Assembly: GCA_002269645.1 (NCBI GenBank) | Contig: NIVC01002445.1 | Span: forward strand, 1 to 64,000 | Source: Macrostomum lignano | Taxonomy: Eukaryota | Reading direction: 5' to 3' | DNA: 64,000 nt | Shown here: positions 1-10,995 of the stretch, one piece after another | How positions within the stretch are numbered: position 1 is the first letter of the stretch | Layout: the number at the start of each line of letters is the position of its first letter | Program-made: the position numbers and the translations under genes | The notes under the pieces: generated by a model | What the model was told of the DNA's origin: nothing | Databases searched by the model: none | What the model saw: the letters and a program-made list of their open reading frames with translations, nothing else

Positions 1-309
1 ACGACAACGAGATTTATGACGAACAGTCTTAGCGTTAGCAACATTCGAATAATGAAAACACGAGTTTGACGCATAAGAAAAAATGTAAGAGTGTTGAGGA
101 AAACGCATTTTGGACGATAAATGTTAGAGAAATACGAGTAAACCCAAATAAATTTGGTGCTCATGTGCTTCATAAATCCAGCTAACCAGTTGATTCCCCG
201 CACTTGTGTAGCGGAGCAAAGCGAATGTCTTCCTGATTGACCGATTACGATTTTTCTCTATGAGAAAATTTAACAGATTAAGCGTTGTTTACTGTGTCAA
301 AAACAGCGC

Positions 310-604
310 CTTTATCCGTTACTTCAACGATTTCAGCACGCTCCATGAAGCCACCATTGAGCTGAATGCATTTCTCGAATTCTCGTAGCGATCCAGCAAG
401 CTTGTCGACTCCCTCCTCCAAGAAACTTGCAGGCAGGAAACGGAGACCAGGTTTGGAATTAATCGTGAGAAGAATTTTATTAGGCCTATGAATGACCTCA
501 CTTCACTAGAATTTGTAGTTCCTTTAAAAGTTCAATGGCCTGCGCTTTCGCGTCTCCAATCTGCAGTTCCTTGCGTGTCAGGAGCATACCCATGAATGTT
601 ATAT
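310..604 (-). pseudogene. Ty3/gypsy reverse transcriptase fragment (downstream part), degenerate
   Basis: Minus-strand translation ITFMGMLLTRKELQIGDAKAQAI..EVRSFIGLIKFFSRLIPNL matches the end of a gypsy RT and its connection region. It joins in frame to 2112-2470 once 605-2111 is removed (KCEFSVDK|ITFMG). Confidence 0.8.
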
Positions 605-2111
605 TGTAGCGAAACTACAAGTAACTTATTTTTTAATAAATCAAAGTTTCAATAGCCATCTATTCAGTGAGTAAACGATGAAAAGGATTGAGGCACCTAA
701 TAACTGCGAGAACGAACTGTAAAAGGAAATTAGTCTATGAAAGATAATGACAAACTGAGTCGCAAATAAAAAGTACAACAAAATATCCATATGACTCCTC
801 CCTCAAATTGCGGAGCACAGGAAAAGAGACTGAAAGACTGAAGGCTAAAATGGTGGGATAGCTCATACGATCAAAACGAAGCGGGTGATAATACAATTGA
901 AATAAATTGTTTATGAGAGGTCGAATATTAAGAAATATTGAGAACAACGGTCAGTAAACGTTACATTGTTTTGCTTTGTGTTAATAATAAATTCAATGTG
1001 CATAAAAAGGTGAGTGAAGCGAAATGAGCGAGTGGGGGGAAACGGTGACATGGAATGAAATGCCTGCGGGGTGCTACTGGGCTGTTCTGCTGGACGCATT
1101 ATTGTCTGTGGAAGTGGAAAAGCTTCCTTGTTGCTTGATTGTGCTGGCAGCGCCACGCTCGTGTCCTCAACTATGATGCTCTATCGGCAGTTTGTCGGCC
1201 CGACGAAATCGATCTACTGGATGATGCCGGGGATGCAGTCAGACAACACCCCTAGCAAATGGTACCACGGATTGTGGCGGATAGTCGCTTTGCGGTCGGG
1301 ACATCCAGCTGAAGCACACGAGGTGGGCGATGATGATTAGGTGTTGAGCGGGTTTGCGGTGTCCGGAATTTTCGAGGTAATCCCTGCGATGCTTCGGAAA
1401 GGCGGATTGTCGCGTGACCAGCGTGAACTGCTTAAGATGCCGAGTGCAGAAAGATGACGAGAAGAATTGAGCGACGACTGACGTGGAACGTCGCTCTGCG
1501 GCTGAGGCAATGCAGGTGGAACGCGCGAGGAGGACTAAAGGCTGCTGCTGCGGCCGGCCGTAATGCACCGTCGGACTTTCATTAACCTCGTGGCAGGCTC
1601 CTTTTTTGGCGACTCACCGACGGTGCTGGCCGGGACTGGCGATTCGGCGGAATGGTAGTGGTGCTGCTGGCAACGGAAACTCGATCGAAGACTTTGATGA
1701 ACCCGTGTAGGCGCGTAGAATTGGTCATCGATGAGCTCCGTGGCAGACGTCCTGGTTGAACTACCAGTAACTCTCTGGTTGCTATGGTGATGCTGCCTGG
1801 ATCAGCTGTTGACGGGTTGATAGCGCATGGCCGATAGCGATGGCATGGGCAGTGCAGCTGAGGATGATGACGCCGTGGTAAAGACGCTATGTACGAGTAC
1901 AGTGCATGTCGATATGGCGATTGGAGTAGCCCCCTGACAGAGGCGCGGTTGGATCTAACGGCACCTCACCGGACCAATTTGTAGCGAAACTACAAGTAAC
2001 TTTTAGTTGAATTAGTCAAAGTTAAATAGCGATCTATTTAGTGAGTAAACGATGAAAAGGATTGGGGCACCTAATACAAGCGTAACTGCGAGAACGAACT
2101 GTAAAAGGAAA
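605..2111 (-). mobile_element. Non-autonomous element with ~130-bp direct terminal repeats (TRIM-like), inserted in the gypsy RT
   Basis: Direct repeats 605-730 and 1980-2111 (TGTAGCGAAACTACAAGTAAC...GAACTGTAAAAGGAAA). Flanks ATAT/ATCT look like a 4-bp TSD with one mismatch. A PBS-like AATTGGTCCGG lies on the minus strand next to the 1980 repeat. No recognisable internal protein. Confidence 0.55.
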
Positions 2112-2470
2112 ATCTTATCCACTGAAAACTCGCACTTTTCCTTGCCAATTGTTGCTGTTTTCCTACAATCTTTGCAGAACTTCCTTTGGGCGGTTGTAGT
2201 GCTCCTCGAAGGTACTACCATACACTTCAATGTCGTCCTAAATGTTTAGTACTCCTGAGATACCCGCTAGAACTCGTTGCATGTTTGACTGCAGTGCGAA
2301 GGATGAGTTTACCCAGCCCATTTCAAGTTGCTTGTATCTCATTAGTGGCCAATCTTTCAAGCCTGTAGAGAATGTTGTGAACGTCCTGGAGTCCTCATGT
2401 AATTCCAGTTCAATTCCAGAGACAGAATTAGAGACTAATGTATATTCCGTAAGATAGGCCGGCCTCACAT
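2112..2470 (-). pseudogene. Ty3/gypsy reverse transcriptase fragment (core), degenerate
   Basis: IELELHEDSRTFTTFSTG..RYKQLEMGWVNSSFALQSNMQRVLAGISGVLNI*DDIEVYGSTFEEH...KEKCEFSVDKI, with a stop in the YxDD motif. Confidence 0.85.
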
Positions 2471-2610
2471 CCTAAAATCTGTTGTCCTAATTTCCAACAA
2501 TAGTGCGCATGAGCACAACAGAACAGAAAAGAAAGTAACCGCATGCAGAAACTTGAACAGTCTAGAGGAAGTTCCTAAGCTTTGGCTGCTTCGGCAGTTC
2601 ATTCATCGAC

Positions 2611-3600
2611 TCATTCAGTCGCCGTGGATTGGCACATGTGCCAGGCATCTTGGCACATATGAGAAGCAGTGGGTTTACCATTCTTGGCGTTTTTCTTCTG
2701 TGCCACAACGCCCACGGTGATATCTGCCATGCGCGCGAGTTCGTCTCGCCGATACTGCACCAGTGTTCGGCCAGCGCGGGCCTCCACGGTTGGGTTGATG
2801 AAGACGTCGCAATCTTCACCAAGTTCTTGCTTAATTGCCGCTTTCCATCGCGAGATGGCACTTTCAACTGGCAGGAAAGGATTGTAGCGAGGGAGCCGCC
2901 GGAATTCAGCAATACCAATATCCTCATTCAGCTCAGCGTCGTTATGGCTGCTCACGTTGTCAAAGACCAGATAGACCACTTGCCCTGGGCAAGCTGCCTG
3001 CACGATTTGATGATTCGTGATTTGCAAATACTCTGCAAACCGATCCTTGGTCATGCCGCTGGTATAGACCTGATAGTGGACAAAACCAAGTTGAGGAGAC
3101 ATAGCTAGACAAATGGTGATGCGTGTGCCCTTCTGGTTTGCGATTCGTCGATACGCTCTTTGACCTTGAACAGCCCGTCCCTGCTGCCGCCGCATCCAAC
3201 TGTCAAAACCAAACTCATCAATGTACACCTTTGGCGTATTGACAATTTCGGGGGAGCACCACCAGTGGCGATAGGCCTCTCTCTCCGCTAGAATAGCCGA
3301 TGAGTTTTTCTCGGCCGGAGCATCACGAACTAGCTTTAAAAAATACAAGATACCTTCAAGAGGTCGACTTAATGTTGACAAGCCACCAATTGGCTTGTTA
3401 AGAAGCCGTGCTTGCAAACGAGCATTGATGTTCTCCAATATCAGTTGCCTTCCCGCAACACACAGCAGTACTGTCCCATCTCAACGTCAAGCTTTGTATA
3501 TGTCCTACCGCCTCTCGTCCTCTTCTCACGCCAGCCTGTTCCAATTAATGATTGAGTATGCGTCGTCCTTTTGATATTCCTCAGAAATTGTCAGAAACAG
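2611..3600 (-). pseudogene. IS630/Tc1-like DDE transposase, frameshifted
   Basis: ORF 2611-3438 has VYIDEFGF..GRA..G, LVFDNVSSH and LPRYNPFL-PVE. The broken N-terminus (TAYSII..RGGRTYTKLDVEM) aligns with the intact transposase at 18502-19560. TIRs not identified. Confidence 0.85.
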
Positions 3601-5279
3601 AAGCATGAGTTGACAAATTCAACAGTTGTGAATTTTTTCGTGACGCATTGGAATCGCGTCCCGCCTCCATGAAAATGCGACCAACACGCTTGACTGATGC
3701 TCACATCCAATCGCCAACTAATCTAGCTAATCTCTCATCCATAGTTTTATTGGTTCGAGTCGTTCTCACCCAAATTCGAGCAGCATCTAGAGCCTTTGTG
3801 AGCGAGCAGCCTCGGATTCATTAACGAGGACTCTTCACATCTCCGGCTGCTTGCAGCATTGGCTCAGGCAGAACCCTCACAAAGTCTTCCTTTCCTTGGT
3901 TGTACTGACCTTGCAAGGTTCGTAGAACTTGCCGCTGTCTCCCTGTAGATAACAAGCTTGCAGCAGGCATCTGGCTTCCTCCCGATCGGTACGTCGTCTT
4001 TTGTTCAATGAATGCAGCTGAACAGTGCAGATTAGCCTCACCGTCGTTTTCGCATATTGTTGCAACTTTCACGGCAAGCGCGTCACCCACTTTCCAAGTG
4101 GCAACCGACATAGCGCCGATCCCCAAAAGGTGCCCCACACCGACACGGCACTTTCATCAATCAATATGACCTTGGCCGAAGGATGGTGCTGCCGGCTTTT
4201 TTATTTCACTTGGTAATTGGTGCCTCTATATTGGCAATAACACCCAGTGCATCCACGACACTACACTCTAGAAAAGAAAGACGGGTAAGCATCTGAATAC
4301 AAAATAACAACAATTAATTATAAAGACACGCCGATTTAGACGTACGTTTTTGGCTTTAAATTCAGCCAAATTATTCAATTCGTGCAGCTGTTTGAACGTA
4401 AAGGCAATCGGCTTCTCCATAATGGCTTAATCTGAGCTCTCCACCGAGCCTAAATTGTCCACGTAGACTTGGGCATCCATTGCGTGATCAGTGGTGTTGA
4501 ATTTTTGGTTCGCAGGTTTGATATGCACTCTAGCAAGCTGAACTGTAGATCCGTTGCTCCAACGTTTCCAGCGATTTTTTAAGCTGTTCCCTTCGGCCTC
4601 CCACGTAGTTGTTAAACCGTAAAGCAATTGCCAAGCTGTACAATAGCGACCCGCAGTATTATAGCACGACACAACTGAGTTCAGCACTAAATTTCACTTG
4701 AAATGTCACGTCACGCTACTAACGTCAGTTCGCATCAGGACGCCTACTAACTAGCCAGCTGAGCAATATCTGTTTTTTAATTCTCCTTTCTTATTTTCAA
4801 ATATTCTAACTTATAATTGTTGTGAACGCTTGACGGAAAGTCACTCAAAGATGCATAGCATCGCAGCAGAAGACTGTCTGTTAAGCGGCTGGTGCGCAAC
4901 ATCACTGACATAAACCATAGACGTTCCGAAAAATGATTGAACTTTCCAGACTAATTTTAGCCATTGTACGCTCGTAGAAAATGTGATAACATGCGAGTAC
5001 TTCGTTTTATTTGCGCTTGAATATTTGCCTTCTGAAGTTGCCACTTTGTGTACTTTTTAACTATTAATGCACAACGATTAAATTAACCAAAACTTTTCCC
5101 CAGTGTGCGAATGATAGTAACAATGGCTTCGTAATAATGGGTCTGGGTCCAAGAAAGTTAATAATAATAATTATAAGAATTCCGAAATAATATTAATATT
5201 ATCTAATATTATCATATAATAATATTAGGTGATGACGAGTTCAAGAAATGCTACATTGTATGATTACTCACATTGTCAG

Positions 5280-6300
5280 TCGCTAGTGAGCACCTCGGGT
5301 TAGACAACATTCTTTGTGCTGCCTTAAGACTGTCAGACGCGCACATTGGCGGCATCCTTGGTCCGCAGCGCAGTGTAGAGCTGACCGTGCATAAAGCAGT
5401 CGACGGTGAGTTCAATGCCGACAGTCTTTAGTGTCTGACTTTGCGACTTGTGGATCATGAGTCGTGCGATCCTTGCAGAAGCTTGGCCTCACCGGGAACT
5501 GAAGTCGCTTGAACACCACAGGTCCAGGTTGCTGGGGGTCAGCAGCACTTGGTCGCCCTTGAACTGTCCGGCAGCCACCTTGCACCGCAGCACATTGTCA
5601 GTCACGGCCATCACAATGAGACTAGTGGTTTTGCACAAACGGGGCGGGTTGATATTGCGAAGCAGCATCACCCCGATGCCAAGATTAAACACCAGCCGGT
5701 GCTTTGGCAGGTTGGGCGCGTCAAGACTATTCAGCAGCTCCGGAGGGAAGTGCGTAGCACTATCCTCTTCAGGGACCGTGTCAATTGGATCGATACTAGC
5801 GAGCGCGTCCTGGGAAGAGCATCAGACACTCCTCGTTGATCCTGTTGACCATCTCGTTGTACGGCGCAAGGATCGCACGACTCGCAGAGTACTCGTTCCG
5901 GTCAGCTGACTCGTCAAAGGAAAAGGTAGACGAACCGGACCAACCGGACCAAATGAGAGAAATTCATCCTTCAGAATCCTCTGGAACGGATCCTGATCCG
6001 ATCTGAAGAAGGAACTGTGCATACTTCCGACACAGACCGTCGTCAGGGCCTCCAGTCAGACGAATATTATGGCATAGGCAATGTCTGCGGAACTTAGGCC
6101 ATAAACAGATCCTGTTGACGTATGTCAGGACGTTTTTGGCCCGAGTCCCGTGCTGCACTACTGGCAGTAGCTGACGGAAGTCCCCGGCAAAGACGACAGC
6201 AGCTCCTCCAAAGGGTGCGTCAATCTTTTGAATGTCTCGCAGACTCCGATCATGGACACTTCATCCCAGACGATGAGACGCATTTCTCGAAGGACGTCAG
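5280..6300 (-). pseudogene. Helitron Rep/Hel PIF1-type helicase C-terminal fragment
   Basis: Motifs across several frames: LREMRLIVWDEVSM; LWPKF..L.HNIRL..YAQFLLQIGSG; MLLRNINPPRLC; MIHKSQSQTL..GI.L...F.HGQLY; terminal TKNVV.PEVL. Confidence 0.88.
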
Positions 6301-6339
6301 CCTGGCTGGATTGTACGCCAATTGAGCAGATGCCCTTGT

Positions 6340-6650
6340 CCTTGCACCCCCTGCACCCCCGCTCGCACTCCACCATCCTCTTGCTTCAACTATTGAAAGG
6401 CATACCGATAGGCCAGTCCTGACTTTTTCGCTTTGGTTTCCTTTTCTAGCAGTGTCTTCAGGTCTTCGCAAGACTTATCTTCTGGATTTTCCGGAAAAAA
6501 ACGCATCGGCGAGCAGTTTAAAGGCCTTCTTCCCGAGTTTTGCGATGAACGCGTACTTTAGCAAATCCTCCGCCAATTTTTTGACTTTCGCGGTAGCATC
6601 GAAGCGTTGGAGCCATCGGGTCACTCCATCTGTTTCTAGGGGTTCTATCG
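6340..6650 (-). pseudogene. Ty3/gypsy gag N-terminal fragment
   Basis: WLQRFDATAKV..DLLKYAFIAKLGKKAFKLLADAF.PENPEDKSCEDLKTLL..LAYRYAF..Q.DG resembles gypsy gag N-termini. Confidence 0.6.
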
Positions 6651-6929
6651 GAATCGTCGCCAGTGTTACGTATCGAAGAAGTCGGAGATTAACACTTTAT
6701 TTATACTTAGTACCTATAAAAGTATTTTTATAGGTATTTTTAATACCGATCGAGCTATATGCTCACTTAGATACAACTGTAAGATCGGCCATAGACCATT
6801 GCTATGCACTTTTGGTGACAATAACACGCGCGTGGGATGCGTGTTAATGTCATTTTGGACATTAACACGCAACGGCAATTTAAACAATAACAAAGGGTAA
6901 ATTTTATTTTTTATGTTAGAAAAACATCA

Positions 6930-7751
6930 AAAACTGTTCAACAAAGAAATCGTATGTGAATCAGTTAATACCAGGCCTACACCGAAACGTCACTCAAAAA
7001 GAATATCGATCAGATTGCGACTGCCGCCAATGGTCACTTTCATCTTCGTTGACGGAGCAGCCTGCACACGTAGTGCGCCGTCGGTCTGGACAGGCTCTTG
7101 ATAAACATCCGCCACATTCCTCCATCGTAGCCTCGCTTATTGTGATTGGATTTTGGACGAGCTAGCTTAACGATCTTATTATTGACATTAGTTTCGGAAA
7201 CTGTATGATTCAGCGCCTGATCCACAGCCAGAGATGCCCTATACAAACTGCGATCACGTCGCCTCGATAAGTAGCACTTAACAGTTCGCTCACACTTTCG
7301 CCCAGTGATGAGCAAGATCTCCTGGATAGTCTGGCCACAGGCATCCAGGTGGCACGCTCTCGTTACTCTGCAGTTTAAGAAAAGTTGGCAACTGATTTGT
7401 CTAGATTCAAATGTGTTCACAGAGACACATGAATATGGTGGGCAAAAGTACAGGTCAAACTACCTACCATATGCAGCGGTCGGTGTACACCTTAGTAAGG
7501 CCGCCTGCTTTCTCACTGACGTTCTTCATAAACTCAAGAAGATAGCGAAAGCCTCTAGCAGCTTTTCTCGGAGAATCTATAGCGGTTCGCTGCATCTCGA
7601 CTGTCTAATGACCTTGGGCATGATCGAATGACGTGCAAATCAAGTCGAACTCGCCGGATGTTACTCCTGAAATCTCACCATTCGGCATAGCTCCGTAGTT
7701 AAATAGAGGAGGCAGAACTTCTGCCATTGTAGTTGGCTCTGCGTCAGCCAT
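6930..7751 (-). pseudogene. Tyrosine recombinase (Crypton/DUF3504-like) C-terminal remnant with a probable 100-bp intron (7368-7467)
   Basis: MKNVSEKAGGLTKVYTDRCI[R]VTRACHLDACGQTIQEILLITGRKCERTVKCY matches the Crypton pattern M..IS..AGL...YTNHxxR.T..T.L...G....I...TGHK....V..Y. Both His positions are mutated and the N-terminal half is missing. Intron ends are GTAGGT...TTTTCTTAAACTGCAG. Confidence 0.7.
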
Positions 7752-9528
7752 TTCGATTTTGTTTGCGTAAATGAAAGATGCAAGCAATCAAATCTGCTGT
7801 CTTTCTACTCAGCTCTCTTAAACCTTCTGTCTCCCTCTTTATGGGATCAAAAAACTACAGTGCATGTTAATGAGCCGTATGCAGAAAGCTCTGTCTAGGG
7901 TAGTCCGGTCTTGAAAAGCTAGTCTGGACTCGGATTTGGTATGCAGAAACACAAATTTAGACCGGTCTAGCATAGACAAAACTACCCTAGTTCTGTCTAT
8001 GGTAGTTTAGTCTTACTTTGGTATGCATAAAAGCTTTGACTAGTTAGTCTGGACTAGACAAAACCTAGCCTGCTCTAGAGCTGTCTTGATAGCTAATTTT
8101 GTATTGCCTTCGCCCTTAGACGATTGAAAGAAATGAATATTTTGGTTGCGATAGATTTAGTTCAGCGAGACCTCCATCGACAACGCATATTTCGTGATCG
8201 GTTGGAACCACTTTAGCAATTCTCGGAGGTTGAAATTAAAGAAAGACTGTTTCGGTTCGAACCTAGATCACTTCTATCACTTGTGGAGCTTGTCGAGACA
8301 GATTTCGAACGGACGACAATGCGTAACAGAAGCCTGACTCCCATGCTACAGCTGTGCCTGACACTATCTTATCTCGGCACTGGAAGCTTTCAGCAGAACC
8401 TGTCTGCTCTTGGAGGTATCGACCAAAGCACCATGTCCCGCTGCTACTGGAGAGTGGTCAGGATACTGAATCTCCGCTTGAATAACATCCGCTATCCAGA
8501 GCCAGGTGTTGAGCGGACTCGAGTGTCAACGGGTTTAATCAAATTGGTCAACTGGCAGATGTAATCGGTGCTATCGACTGGACGCATGTACGAATTCAAA
8601 GGCCATCTAATGATAACTTTCCAGATGAATTCATTAATCGTAAAAACTACCACTCTATTAACGTCCAAGCAGTCTGCGATGCGAGATACTTCTTTCTCGA
8701 AATAACTGCTCAATGGCCTGGTTCAGTCCATGACTCGAGAATATTTCGCAACAGTTTTCTTTTTGGATCGCTTCTAGACGCCCAATAGGAGGGCTATCTT
8801 GTCGGAGATTCTTGATACCGACTCTGCGATTTTCTACTCACTCCATATCAAAACCCAGATGGCCGGCAGAGAATATTCAATCGCGAACTCAGCCGAACGA
8901 GAGTTCGAATCGAGCAGATATTCGGAATTTTAAAGCGCCGTTTCAACTGCGTTGGTTGCATCCTACGCGTACCACTAGACCGTGTACCAACATTAATTGT
9001 GACCTGTTGTAAGCTACACAATTTCGCTCGCACCCAGAACGATCCTCATGATGATCTTCCTTCTGTGTGTATTCAGCACGCCAGTGAAGTATGAGACAGA
9101 CCAGGCCTAAGGGCTACGGTCTGCGATGCTTCACGCCTGCCCCTATATTCAGCAGGTCAAGGCTGGAGAGGGAGGTCTGCACCCGCTATTTGCCACTGGC
9201 AGCCGCAGACCCCCCCCCTCACGCTGTTTCACAAGTCGACCCAGGGTACTCGTCCCCGCGTGTGTTCAAGGCAGACCCTAGGGCTGCTGGACAGACTGGG
9301 CTCCGACGCTGGCGACCCATCCAGTGGCTTCGGCCGAATTTGGGTATGCGGGTCTGGCTTGCCAGCCTGCAGGCCGTGGTACTGCTTAACGTACCCCCTA
9401 ATGCCTAAGGTGTTTGACCGTGCCGATGGGCTGGAAGGCCGGGGGGTTGTCCGGTCGCTAGCGGTCCTTTTCTTTTTCTTCTTTCCTCTTTCTTTTGTGA
9501 CTCAGCTCACTCCTTCCCGCTTTCAGCT

Positions 9529-10993
9529 ATGGCGTCATCCGCCTCTTTAACCCCCGCTGAAGCCGGGGCCCCGGCAACTCCGGCCGGTGACTCTGGCACC
9601 AGCGCCGCCCCACCGGGGGCAGATGGGCTTGCCGCCGGCTCGGCTGGTGACATGCCCGCACGCGCAACCGGGCCCTCCGCTGAAGCCCGACGCACCCGCA
9701 ACCAACGCCGCAACGAGCGGCGACGGCGACTACGGGGTACTGCGGGCCGGCCACCGGCGGAAGGGGAACCTAGGGAGGGCGAGGCTGCTGTTGGGCCGAA
9801 AGGAACCACAGCAACCCCTGCCCCCAGGATACAACCCCCGCTGGTGAGCCACCCAGTATACCTGCTACAAGCGCGGCCGGGCCTTCGGGAACCGCCGCCA
9901 CCAACTACGCCTCAAAGGTCAAGCTCCAACCGGCGGTCATCGTCTTCGGGGAAGAGCAGGACCTCACGGCCGACGAGCTCGACAGTGCCTGGCGCACCAT
10001 CGATGCTGCGCTCATCGACCAGCTCCTGGCGGGCCGCCCTGTGAGCGTGGTCAAGTCTGCCAAGACCGACGGCTGCATCTTCATCTGGTGCAGCTCGGAG
10101 GAGAGCAGCCGCAATCTACGCGAGCTTCTGCCAAAGCTGAACTGGCCCAAGAAGCTCGGCAAGCTCGTCTTCGCCAGCGAGGGCGAACGACAGAAGACCC
10201 AGCGCTTTCGCGTCTGGATCCCGGCCGGCAGTGCCATTAAGTCCGGAGATCAGCTTAGGCAAATATTGCTAAAGCTGCACCCCGACCTTAAGGTCAACGG
10301 GCTCCTACACCACGCCACTTCCCGCAAGGAGAAGGGGCTACGGTGATCCTAGGGCTCTCTGATGACTGGGCTAAGCGCTTGCCGCCTAAGTCCACAATTC
10401 ATATTGGTCTGACTCAGCTGACCATCCTCCGTTGCGAGGAGCGGAAAGCTGATGAAGCCAAGAATGCCAAAGCTTCCGAAACCGGAACTGGGGCCCAGGC
10501 TCCTCCGGCAAAGAAGCCGAGGCAAACGGCCGATCCTATGCCCGGTAAGGCAGTTCGCGCTGCTGAAACCGGAAATCGCAATCGCAGACCCGCCAGGAGC
10601 ACCCGGAGGTCCGGCCTGATCCAGCGCGCGCTGGACCAGGCCAAGAACCTTCGTGCGCATCGTGAGCGGGCCCGCGCTTCTCGCGCTCCACCCCAACAGC
10701 CAGAAGGCCAGACTCTAAGCGGGGAGGCTCCGACCGACTGGTTCGAGTCTGTGACTCACCAGGAGGCTGGCGCCACCCGCATCGACCTGACCGACGAGGC
10801 AGAGGGGACGGGCAGTGACAGCACCGAAGCACGCAGGAGAGGCGACGGTAACGTCCACGCTGGGCTCACGTCCGCGGAGGACTCCACAGCCACCCTAACT
10901 GCTGAGGACGCTGAAACTCCCATGGAGGTCTGCGGGTCACCCACCACTGAAAAGGAGGAGGATGACCTGCTCAACGATTCCCCAACTGCGTGA
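9529..10993 (+). CDS. LINE-A ORF1 (low-complexity ends, DUF4780-like core), with two -1 frame breaks
   Basis: Segments 9529-, 10041- and 10343-. The core CIFIWCSSEES...FRVWIPAGS..LKVNGL..ILGLSDDW..IHIGL aligns with ORF1 of LINE-B and resembles the DUF4780 ORF1 domain of LOA/R1-type LINEs. Confidence 0.75.
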
Positions 10994-10995
10994 TA

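Noticed and set aside
2112-2167. CTACA at 2163-2167 as the canonical end of a 188-bp LTR starting at 1980
   Set aside because: 2112-2167 encodes the host gypsy RT (KEKCEFSVDKI) and is absent from the other repeat copy.
4130-4200. KVILIDES as a PIF1 Walker B or Merlin/piggyBac catalytic motif
   Set aside because: Flanking motifs of those families are not recoverable in any frame.
9230-9345. HDV-like ribozyme in the LINE-A 5'UTR (GC-TTCG-GC then CGAA-TTTGGGT)
   Set aside because: Candidate P2 partners are either too close (9315) or too far (9240) for the P3-L3-P1 topology.
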